This document shows, piece by piece, positions 27,988-34,193 of a stretch of DNA of 34,193 bases. The translations under genes and the position numbers were made by a program. The notes below the pieces were generated by a model. It worked only from the letters and a program-made list of their open reading frames with translations, was not told the DNA's origin and did not search any database. How positions within the stretch are numbered: position 1 is the stretch's first letter; every line of letters starts with the position of its first letter. Source of the DNA: an uncultured Acidobacteriota bacterium (GTDB lineage Bacteria > Acidobacteriota > Vicinamibacteria > Fen-336 > JAGNNV01); NCBI GenBank assembly GCA_964494295.1, contig CAZBTT010000002.1:1-34193 (forward strand), given 5' to 3'.

Positions 27988-29123
27988 AAGCACCCCGCCA
28001 GACGACTCGAAATAGACAGTGTTCGATGCCCGACAAGGCCGCGGAGCTTGCCCACCTGCTCGCCGGCACACGCCGTCCGCTTCGCCGGGCCCTCGAACTG
28101 CTGAGCCGTGACGCTCGCCGCGTGACGCGCGCGTTCCGCTCTCTCCTCCGGACGCTCGAACCGAGTCGCGACGCTTACACCACGCTCCTCGCTCCGGATC
28201 TCCTGTCGTGTTACACGTTTCTGCTGGCCCAAGGTCCGGTAACTGCGCGGGGAGATGAAGCCTTTTGCCTTGCGGTGGAGCGGGCGGCCCTCACCCTGGT
28301 GCGCTCCGGCGTGCCTGAAAACCACGCAACCGCGGTGGTTGGACTTCATCTCGAAGCCTGTCTTGCCTCGCTGCCGGGCGCCGCGGAAGCCCGCGCGGCG
28401 GCCCGCCTCAGTTCAGCGACCCAGTGGCTGGTGGCGGCCGCGTATTGCGAGGGACGGGTAGAGGGACTCCGGCGCCTCGACGACCAGGAGCGTCAGAAAC
28501 TCTCAGGCGACCTCCATGACGAGGTCGGCGCCGATCTGGTTGTGCTGAAGCTGTACGTCGAGATGATCGCCTCCGAGCTGGCCCGCGGTCGCCGCACCCC
28601 GCTCGGACCGAAGCTCGAAGAGGCCCTGGCCCTCATCGCCCATGCCATCGAGTCGGTGCGGCGCCTCACCCTTGACCTCGGTCCCGCCTTCCTCGACACC
28701 CTCGGCTTCATACCCGTTCTTCGAAACTTCGTCCGTCAGTATTCGCGGCGGACCGGCATCAAGGTGACCCTCGTGGAGCCCGATGCGAAAGTCTCGATGC
28801 CCCCGGGGCATGAAGCGGCGCTCTACCGTATCCTCCTGGGCGCCCTGTCGAACGTCGCGAAGCACGCGCACGCGCGCCGCGCGAGAGTGACGCTTCGCAG
28901 CGCCTCCAACACCTTCTTCATGGTGGTCGAGGATGACGGGAGAGGCTTCGATGTCCGGGCGCAGCGTCCCGATCACACCTTCGGAATCAACGCGATGCGG
29001 GAGAGGATCCACGGCCTGCACGGTCACCTCAAGGTCAGCTCGAGGCGAAAGGACCGCCCTGGCTCCCGATCGGGAACGCGCCTCGAGATCCGGCTTCCCC
29101 TGCGCAAAGGAACGATGTCGTGA
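27984..29123 (+). CDS. Sensor histidine kinase, HisKA_3/NarX-type, with no predicted TM segment
   Basis: H-box LSGDLHDEVGADLVVLKL, N-box LLGALSNVAKHAHA, G1 VEDDGRGF, G2 region FGINAMRERIHGLHGHLKV..SGTRLEIRLPL. The N-terminal ~165 aa are helical and Ala/Arg/Leu-rich with no 20-residue hydrophobic stretch. ATG 27984 (ATGA overlap). ATG 28026 is an alternative start. Confidence 0.85.
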   Translation: MKAPRQTTRNRQCSMPDKAAELAHLLAGTRRPLRRALELLSRDARRVTRAFRSLLRTLEPSRDAYTTLLAPDLLSCYTFLLAQGPVTARGDEAFCLAVERAALTLVRSGVPENHATAVVGLHLEACLASLPGAAEARAAARLSSATQWLVAAAYCEGRVEGLRRLDDQERQKLSGDLHDEVGADLVVLKLYVEMIASELARGRRTPLGPKLEEALALIAHAIESVRRLTLDLGPAFLDTLGFIPVLRNFVRQYSRRTGIKVTLVEPDAKVSMPPGHEAALYRILLGALSNVAKHAHARRARVTLRSASNTFFMVVEDDGRGFDVRAQRPDHTFGINAMRERIHGLHGHLKVSSRRKDRPGSRSGTRLEIRLPLRKGTMS

Positions 29124-30700
29124 ATCCCAGGATCCGCGTCCTCCTTTGCGACGATCACCCGCTTCTTCGCGAGGGTCTGCGCGCCATTCTGCGCGAGCAC
29201 CCGGGCTTCGAGGTCGTGGGCGAAGCGAAGAACGGACTCGAAGCGGTCAGCCAGTTTCGGACCCTTCGACCGGACGTGGCCCTGATGGATATCGACATGC
29301 CGGAGCTGTCGGGGCTCGAAGCCACCAAGCGCATTGTCGAGGCCCGACTGCCCGGGAAAGTGCTGATCCTCAGTTTGTACGATGACGAAGACCTGATCGC
29401 CGGGTGCCTCGATGCGGGCGCGGTCGGCTATGTGCTGAAGGACGGGCCCACGAGCGAACTCCTCTTCGCGATCGAGGCCGCGCATCGGGGCGAGCGATAC
29501 ATGAGTCCGCGCGCTCTCTCCGTGGTCATCGAACACGCGCGCGAGGGCGGAGACAAGACGGGCACCCGCTTCGACCTCCTGACCGACCGAGAGCGCGAGG
29601 TGCTGCGGCGCCTGGCCGACGGCCACTCCAGCAAGGACATCGCTTTGAAACTGAACCTGAGCATCAAGACCGTCGAGGCCCACAAGTACAACCTGATGCG
29701 GAAGCTCGACATCCACAACCGCGCGGATCTCGTGAAATACGCGATCCGCAAGAAGCTGGTGCAGGTGGGCGCCCTTGTGCTGACCCTCGGCGCGAGCATC
29801 GTCGGCGCAGCCCTTCAGCCCTCCCCCCCCGCGCGTATCGAGGAGAACAGCGGGGCCGTGACCTGGATCGGATCGTGGTCGACCAACGCCCTGCCCCTGA
29901 ACAGCGGCGGCGGCGCCAGACTGGCGATGGACAAGGGAGCCGAGGCACGGCTCGACTTCGCGGGCACGTCCGTCGAATGGATCGGTTATCGCGATGAATG
30001 GTCGGGCCTTGCCGATGTTCTCGTCGACGGTGAGTTCCAGGCCACGATCGACACGTTCGCGAAACCCGCCCAGGCGCAGGCGACGCTTTTCCGGGCTCGC
30101 GGCCTGCGCGAGGGCCGCCACACTCTCGCCATCAGGCCCCGGGGAGATCATCAGAAAGACTCCAGGGGTGCGTGGGTGTGGGTGGATGCCTTCATCGTTG
30201 GAGAGTCGCGAGAAGACTCAACTCCCCTTGACCGCCCGGTCGCGCAGAGCCGCCGCGACCGGCAGGCAAACCGGGATCCGGACCGACGGGGGACCTCTCG
30301 CCGCGAGACCGGCGCCCCGCGGATACAGGTCGATCAGGAGGACGAGGCCGTGACATGGGCGGGCTCCTGGTCCACGAACAGACTCCCGGTTCATCGCGGG
30401 CGCAGCGCCCGACTCGCCATGGAGAGCACGTCTTCGGTGTCCCTGACCTTCACCGGCACCGGGGTGAGCTGGATCGGCTACCGCGACGAGTGGTCGGGAA
30501 TCGCCGAAGTCCTTCTCGACGGAAGACACCGCGCCACCGTGGACACCTATTCGAAGGCCGCCCGGGGTCAAGTGGAGCTCTACACCGTCGATGGTCTCCG
30601 CGACGGGCCCCACACCCTGACCATTCAACCCACGAGCCGCAAAAGTCCCATGTCGGGCGGGGCATGGATCTGGGTGGACGGATTCCTGATCACACGCTGA
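29120..30700 (+). CDS. NarL/FixJ-type response regulator (REC + LuxR HTH) fused in frame to a hydrophobic helix and two tandem ~120-aa CBM-like beta-sandwich repeats
   Basis: REC residues: DD at 11-12, D57 in DVALMDIDMP, S85, K107. LuxR HTH: LTDREREVLRRLADGHSSKDIALKLNLSIKTVEAHKYNLMRKL. The frame then continues with IRKK-LVQVGALVLTLGASIVGAAL and two repeats, each with the (S/A)WIGYRDEWSG(L/I)A and GAW(V/I)WVD(A/G)F signatures. GTG 29120 overlaps the HK stop (GTGA). No stop codon occurs between the HTH and the repeats. Confidence 0.85.
   Translation: MNPRIRVLLCDDHPLLREGLRAILREHPGFEVVGEAKNGLEAVSQFRTLRPDVALMDIDMPELSGLEATKRIVEARLPGKVLILSLYDDEDLIAGCLDAGAVGYVLKDGPTSELLFAIEAAHRGERYMSPRALSVVIEHAREGGDKTGTRFDLLTDREREVLRRLADGHSSKDIALKLNLSIKTVEAHKYNLMRKLDIHNRADLVKYAIRKKLVQVGALVLTLGASIVGAALQPSPPARIEENSGAVTWIGSWSTNALPLNSGGGARLAMDKGAEARLDFAGTSVEWIGYRDEWSGLADVLVDGEFQATIDTFAKPAQAQATLFRARGLREGRHTLAIRPRGDHQKDSRGAWVWVDAFIVGESREDSTPLDRPVAQSRRDRQANRDPDRRGTSRRETGAPRIQVDQEDEAVTWAGSWSTNRLPVHRGRSARLAMESTSSVSLTFTGTGVSWIGYRDEWSGIAEVLLDGRHRATVDTYSKAARGQVELYTVDGLRDGPHTLTIQPTSRKSPMSGGAWIWVDGFLITR
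29756..29815 (+). other. Candidate transmembrane helix (or cryptic signal-peptide core) inside the response-regulator ORF
   Basis: LVQVGALVLTLGASIVGAAL has 20 uncharged residues apart from one Gln. It is preceded by IRKK (positive-inside) and followed by QPSPPAR. Confidence 0.55.
29840..30202 (+). other. CBM-like repeat 1 of the response regulator
   Basis: ENSGAVTWIGSWSTN...ARLDFAGTSVEWIGYRDEWSGLADVLVDG...GRHTLAIRP...GAWVWVDAFIV. Aligns along its full length with repeat 2 and with 33135..33515 (- strand). Confidence 0.7.
30332..30697 (+). other. CBM-like repeat 2 of the response regulator
   Basis: EAVTWAGSWSTN...SLTFTGTGVSWIGYRDEWSGIAEVLLDG...GPHTLTIQP...GAWIWVDGFLITR. Confidence 0.7.
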
Positions 30701-33084
30701 TGTGGGAACTGCGCGCCCTCTTTTCCTTGTGGGGCCTCACGCTTGCCCCGGACGCGCTGGTTCTCGACTCGGGAGTCCACCTGCCGGTGCTCTACGACTC
30801 CTTCGTGCCTCCCGCCCTCGGCCAGACCTACGTGGACCAGACCTTCAGCACCACCATCAAACGCCTCTCTGATGCGGTGAACACTCCAAACCATGCGGCG
30901 AGCGGCAACCTCCTGTGGATTGGCACGGAATACCCGACCGCCTCGCCCTGGAACGTCAACAACAGCTGGCTGATCCTCCAGCACCAGGGCTACTTCGGCC
31001 TCTACGACGGCGGTGGAACCTACGTTCGCGACCTCCCCTTCTCCGTGAATGCCGCGACCGAGCCGCGCTGGTCGCGCACCGACCCGAACGTCCTTTTCTA
31101 CGTGAGCGGGAACAGGCTCATGCGGCTCGATGTTTCCGCGGGTGCGTCCTCTATCGTCCGGACCTTCAGCGAATACTCGGCGATTCGCGGCCGCGGCGAG
31201 TCGGACATCAGCCGGGACGGCGATCACTTCGTGTTTGCCGGAGATGCCCCCGGCGGCCTCGCCAACCGGTATGTGTTCGTCTACCAGATCAGCACGAATA
31301 CGAAGGGCGCGGTCCTCGACACCATCGGTCACTCCTTCAACCAGCTCTACCTCGCCTCGGACAACAGCGTGGCACTTGGATGGATCGCGGCCGGGACCGC
31401 CCGTTATAGCGGCGTCGAACTCTTCGACCGCAACATGATCTTTCAGCGTCAGCTCACCCGGGCGATCGGGCACATGCGCCTGACCCGCGACACGAACGGC
31501 GCCGATGTGCTGATCTGGACGAACTCGGGCGATCCGCAACCGATTCCAAATTGCCAGAATGGGATCGTCAAGGTGCGGCTGTCGAACGCTCAACAGACCT
31601 GCCTGCTTCAACTCGATTGGAGTCTCGCGGTCCACATCACCGCCGGAGACGGAGACGGATGGGCCTTCGTGGAGACCTACGATCCGGCTGATCCGCCCGC
31701 GTCCACCCCCGCCTGGAAGCCCTACACGAACGAGATTATTCAGGTGAAGCTCGATGGGACCGAGGCTCGAAGACTGCTCCACCACCGCAGCCGTCAGACC
31801 GCAAACTACGAATACCAGCCCCGGGCCACGGTCAGCCGCGACGGCACGACCCTCGTCTACTCGAGCACGTATAACCTCGAGGGGACGAGCGGCCACGCCT
31901 TCGGATACACGGATGCGTACATGATCGCCGTTCCCGGATCTCCGACTCCACAACTCTCGATCGCAGACGTAACCGCGCACGAGGGTACGGGCGCTACGAC
32001 CATGGTCTTCACGGTCAGGCTTTCGCATATCACCGACGTGCCGGTGAGCGTCCAGTACCAGACGGCGAACGGCACCGCGACCGCCGGAAGCGACTACACC
32101 GCGGCCGGTCCCCTGACGTTGACCTTCCCCCCTCTGACCGCCAGCCGGACGTTCTCCATCACCCTCCTGGGTGACCATGTGATCGAGCCCGATGAGACGT
32201 TTCATGTGAATCTTTCGAACCCGACGAATGCGACCCTCTCGGATCCGTCCGGCCTCGGGACGATCATCAACGATGACTCCACGCGCGTGTTCGTGGCGCA
32301 CTCCGGCGACGATGCCGGCCTTTGCTCGAACATAGCCACGCCCTGTCGGAGCCTGGCCGGGGCGATGACCCAGGCAGCCGAGAACGGAGAAATCATCGTG
32401 ATGACCTCGGGCGAATACGAAACCGCTCCCCTGGTGATCACAAGGGGTGTCGCGGTTTCCGCGTCCCTCGGCGCCGTCGTGCTCATTCGCCAGCCGATCA
32501 CCCTAGCCGCCCCGGGAGCGCGCGTTGTCTTGCGTGGCCTGACCCTCAAGGGAGCAGGGGTGTCAACCGCTCTCACGCTCACCGCGGGGCACACTTTGTC
32601 TCTTGAAGACAGCTCGATCGAACGCTGGAACGTCGGCTTCAGGATCGCCAACACAACCGGGGCGCGCGTGATCGTCTCGAATGTGGTCTTCCGCGGCAAC
32701 GGGTCGGGCATCAACGACGACGGAGGGCCCGCGGGAAATCGCGTGGCGGTCGAGGAAACGCGGTTTGAGGGCAATCTCAACGGAATCGACGTCTGGAGCG
32801 GCGCCTTCGTCGTGCGTGAGTCCGCATTCGTCGGGAACAGCGGAAACGGCGTCGTGGCGGGTCCCGGAACGGTTCAAGTCCACCGGAGCGAGTTCGCTTT
32901 CAACACCACCGGTGTCAGGACGCGCGCCTCTGGAACCGCGCGAATCAGCGGATGCCGGGTCTTCGGCAACGCGACCGGACTCTGGGCCGAGGCCTCGAGC
33001 AGCCTCGTGACCGCGGGCGGAAACGGCATCCGCGGTAACGGCGTCAACACTCAGGGCGTGATCACAGCCGCGCCGGCGCAGTAG
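30700..33084 (+). CDS. Large multidomain protein: PD40/TolB-like propeller-type N-domain, Calx-beta domain, and right-handed beta-helix C-domain
   Basis: N-domain has repeated 'S(R/P)DG..lvf'-type blades (ISRDGDHFVFAG, VSRDGTTLVYSS, DPNVLFYVSGNRLMRLD). Calx-beta spans 31951..32277 (LSIADVTAHEGTGATTMVFTVRLS..VSVQYQTANGTATAGSDYT..DHVIEPDETFHVNLSNP). C-domain has DUF1565/beta-helix-like repeats (TPCRSLAGAMTQAAENGEIIVMTSGEY; FRGNGSGI; FEGNLNGI; FVGNSGNGV; FGNATGL; IRGNGVN). ATG 30700 shares 1 nt with the RR stop. The N-terminal signal peptide is weak or uncertain. Confidence 0.8.
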   Translation: MWELRALFSLWGLTLAPDALVLDSGVHLPVLYDSFVPPALGQTYVDQTFSTTIKRLSDAVNTPNHAASGNLLWIGTEYPTASPWNVNNSWLILQHQGYFGLYDGGGTYVRDLPFSVNAATEPRWSRTDPNVLFYVSGNRLMRLDVSAGASSIVRTFSEYSAIRGRGESDISRDGDHFVFAGDAPGGLANRYVFVYQISTNTKGAVLDTIGHSFNQLYLASDNSVALGWIAAGTARYSGVELFDRNMIFQRQLTRAIGHMRLTRDTNGADVLIWTNSGDPQPIPNCQNGIVKVRLSNAQQTCLLQLDWSLAVHITAGDGDGWAFVETYDPADPPASTPAWKPYTNEIIQVKLDGTEARRLLHHRSRQTANYEYQPRATVSRDGTTLVYSSTYNLEGTSGHAFGYTDAYMIAVPGSPTPQLSIADVTAHEGTGATTMVFTVRLSHITDVPVSVQYQTANGTATAGSDYTAAGPLTLTFPPLTASRTFSITLLGDHVIEPDETFHVNLSNPTNATLSDPSGLGTIINDDSTRVFVAHSGDDAGLCSNIATPCRSLAGAMTQAAENGEIIVMTSGEYETAPLVITRGVAVSASLGAVVLIRQPITLAAPGARVVLRGLTLKGAGVSTALTLTAGHTLSLEDSSIERWNVGFRIANTTGARVIVSNVVFRGNGSGINDDGGPAGNRVAVEETRFEGNLNGIDVWSGAFVVRESAFVGNSGNGVVAGPGTVQVHRSEFAFNTTGVRTRASGTARISGCRVFGNATGLWAEASSSLVTAGGNGIRGNGVNTQGVITAAPAQ
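31951..32277 (+). other. Calx-beta domain within the 30700..33084 protein
   Basis: Canonical Calx-beta pattern: V..EG.G...F.V.LS.....V.V.Y.T.NGTA.AGSDY.......L.F.P......F.I....D...E.DE.F.V.LSNP.NA.L. Confidence 0.8.
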
Positions 33085-33114
33085 CGAGACGGCGGACCAG
33101 AGCCGCCGCCTCGC
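33084..33114. terminator. GC-rich hairpin between convergent genes (possible bidirectional terminator)
   Basis: GCGAGACGGCGG (33084-33095) pairs with CCGCCGCCTCGC (33103-33114), giving 11 pairs with one A/C mismatch around a 7-nt loop (ACCAGAG). It sits in the 47-nt gap between the + strand stop (33082-33084) and the - strand stop (33132-33134). There is no U-tract, so the intrinsic-terminator call is tentative. Confidence 0.45.
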
Positions 33115-33131
33115 TCAAGGCGTCTTCGAGA

Positions 33132-34193
33132 TCAGCGCGACACCGCGAAAGCATCCACCCAGACCCACGAGCCGGCCGCCCCCGGTCTTCGCGTGCCCGT
33201 CACCTCGATGGTGAGTGTGTGCGTGCCGTTCGACAGACCGCTGATGGTGTAGAGCGTAGCCTGCGCTACCCCGCTCGGGGCATAGGTGTCGACCGTACCC
33301 TTGACCACGCCGTCCACTCTGATCGTGGCTATACCCGACCACTCATCACGGTAGCCGACCCAGGAGGCGCCGCTTCCTGAGAACACGAAGGTGGCGGTGG
33401 ACCCTTGATCCATCGAGAGCACCGCGCTGCCGCCGCTGTTCGTCGCCCGAGCGTTGGGTGACCACGATCCCACGTAGCTCACGCTGGAGCTGTTCTGCTC
33501 GACGAGGTTGCCGCCGGCCGCGGGAGCTGGCAGGGGCGCCGGCGCCGGCGCGGGTGCGGGGGTCGGGGCCGGAGTCGTCGGCGACGTCGGAGGCGGCGTG
33601 GGCAATGGAGTCCCCGCGGGCTCGGTCGAGGGTGTCGTGGAGGAGCCCGAAACCTGGATCATGTAGGCATCGGAGTACAGGCTCGGGTAACCGAGAATCG
33701 ACTGCAGAGAATGGTTGCTCGTGAACGCGAGCCTGCTGCCGTCGCGGCTTGACGTCACCTTCGGCTGGTAGACATAGCTGTCCCCGCCGAAGGGGCGGCT
33801 GCGGTGATGAACCAGCCGACGGGTTTCCGAACCGTCGAGCTTCACCTGGAGGATCTCGTTCGCATAGGGAACCCACGCCGAGGACTGAGGGAAGGGATCG
33901 CTTGGAGCGTAGGTCTCGACGAAGGCCCAGCCGTTGCCGTCAGGGGCCGTGATGTGGACGGCGAGGCTCCAGTCGAGCTGCAGCAGGCACGTCTGCTGCG
34001 CGTCTGAGAGGCGCACCTTCACGATGCCGTTCTGGCACGCGATGGGCTGAGCGTCGGCCGAGTTGTTCCAGATGAGGACGTCCTGGCCATTGTCGACAGT
34101 GATGTCCATGTGGCCGATGGCGTGAGTCAGCTGACGCTGGAAATTCATGTTGCGATCGAAGAGCTCAACACCCTGGTACCGACTCGAGCCGTT
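33132..34193 (-). CDS. Paralog of the 30700..33084 N-domain, followed by a Pro/Thr/Ala linker and a C-terminal CBM-like domain (third copy). 5'-truncated by the window edge
   Basis: The - strand frame stays open to nt 34193. The residues upstream of the track's Met (..SSRYQGVELFDRNMNFQRQLT) align with ..TARYSGVELFDRNMIFQRQLT of the + strand protein, so the gene starts outside the window. Shared blocks include CQNGIVKVRLS(D/N)AQQTCLLQLDWSLAVHITA and GWAFVETY. The C-terminus is ...SWVGYRDEWSGIATIRVDG...GSWVWVDAFAVSR. Confidence 0.85.
   Translation of the reverse strand, partial: NGSSRYQGVELFDRNMNFQRQLTHAIGHMDITVDNGQDVLIWNNSADAQPIACQNGIVKVRLSDAQQTCLLQLDWSLAVHITAPDGNGWAFVETYAPSDPFPQSSAWVPYANEILQVKLDGSETRRLVHHRSRPFGGDSYVYQPKVTSSRDGSRLAFTSNHSLQSILGYPSLYSDAYMIQVSGSSTTPSTEPAGTPLPTPPPTSPTTPAPTPAPAPAPAPLPAPAAGGNLVEQNSSSVSYVGSWSPNARATNSGGSAVLSMDQGSTATFVFSGSGASWVGYRDEWSGIATIRVDGVVKGTVDTYAPSGVAQATLYTISGLSNGTHTLTIEVTGTRRPGAAGSWVWVDAFAVSR
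33135..33515 (-). other. CBM-like domain, third copy (C-terminus of the convergent paralog)
   Basis: Aligns without large gaps to both repeats of the response regulator and shares the WxGYRDEWSG and WVWVDAF signatures. Confidence 0.7.
33516..33644 (-). other. Pro/Thr/Ala-rich interdomain linker
   Basis: SSTTPSTEPAGTPLPTPPPTSPTTPAPTPAPAPAPAPLPAPAA, typical of linkers in secreted multidomain carbohydrate-active proteins. Confidence 0.75.

Noticed and set aside
30664-30702. Alternative upstream start (ATG 30664, MDLGGRIPDHTLMWEL...) for the propeller/Calx-beta protein, as a way to obtain a signal peptide
   Set aside because: It would overlap the regulator gene by 37 nt, and the extra residues do not create a convincing n-region/h-region. 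ATG 30700, which shares 1 nt with the upstream stop, fits the coupling pattern of the operon. Export status is left open.
32980-33084. Search for PEP-CTERM or other C-terminal sorting signals (also LPXTG and T9SS CTD) on the large secreted-type proteins
   Set aside because: The C-termini (..GVNTQGVITAAPAQ and ..WVWVDAFAVSR) show no PEP motif plus TM plus basic tail, and no other recognisable sorting signal.
33516-33644. GC-rich low-complexity DNA (gccggcgccggcgcgggtgcggg...) that could look like a tandem repeat or VNTR
   Set aside because: It is the in-frame coding sequence of a Pro/Thr/Ala linker in the - strand gene. The repeats are imperfect and short, with no spacer/repeat periodicity, so it is not a CRISPR array or a satellite.
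31436-34193. Inverted similarity between 31436..31930 (+) and about 33650..34193 (-), which could suggest inverted repeats of a mobile element
   Set aside because: The similarity is protein-coding paralogy with many synonymous differences. No transposase, integrase or target-site duplication is present between or around the two segments.

Overview
High-GC bacterial window that is almost entirely coding. Twenty-three co-directional + strand genes (nt 2..33084) are mostly joined by ATGA/GTGA/TGATG stop-start overlaps. They are followed by a GC-rich hairpin and one convergent - strand gene that runs off the right edge. No rRNA, tRNA, CRISPR array, transposase or integrase was seen.

nt 2..27987 is a large exopolysaccharide (EPS) biosynthesis and export locus:
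- Export and polymerisation: Wzx-type flippase (5'-truncated), Wza-like export protein, an outer-membrane beta-barrel candidate, Wzz/GumC-type chain-length determinant, a separate BY-type tyrosine kinase, a Bac_transf priming sugar transferase, and a Wzy/O-antigen-ligase-like polymerase.
- Glycosyltransferases: several GT4/GT1 enzymes and one synthase-like GT2 fused to a beta-helix domain.
- Modification: two AsnB-type amidotransferases, three CelD/FemAB-like GNAT proteins, a DegT-like aminotransferase, a CE4 deacetylase fused to a GT4, a heparinase II/III-like protein and two SAM methyltransferases.

This gene set resembles the PEP-CTERM/exosortase (EpsH)-associated EPS loci, but no exosortase or PEP-CTERM substrate is visible in the window.

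The most unusual part is the 3' module (27984..34193):
- A histidine kinase with no transmembrane (TM) segment.
- A translationally coupled NarL-type response regulator whose reading frame continues past the HTH through a hydrophobic helix into two tandem ~120-aa beta-sandwich/CBM-like repeats.
- A propeller-like / Calx-beta / beta-helix protein.
- A convergent paralog that carries a third copy of the same ~120-aa domain.

All functional calls come from motif recognition by eye. No database search was run.
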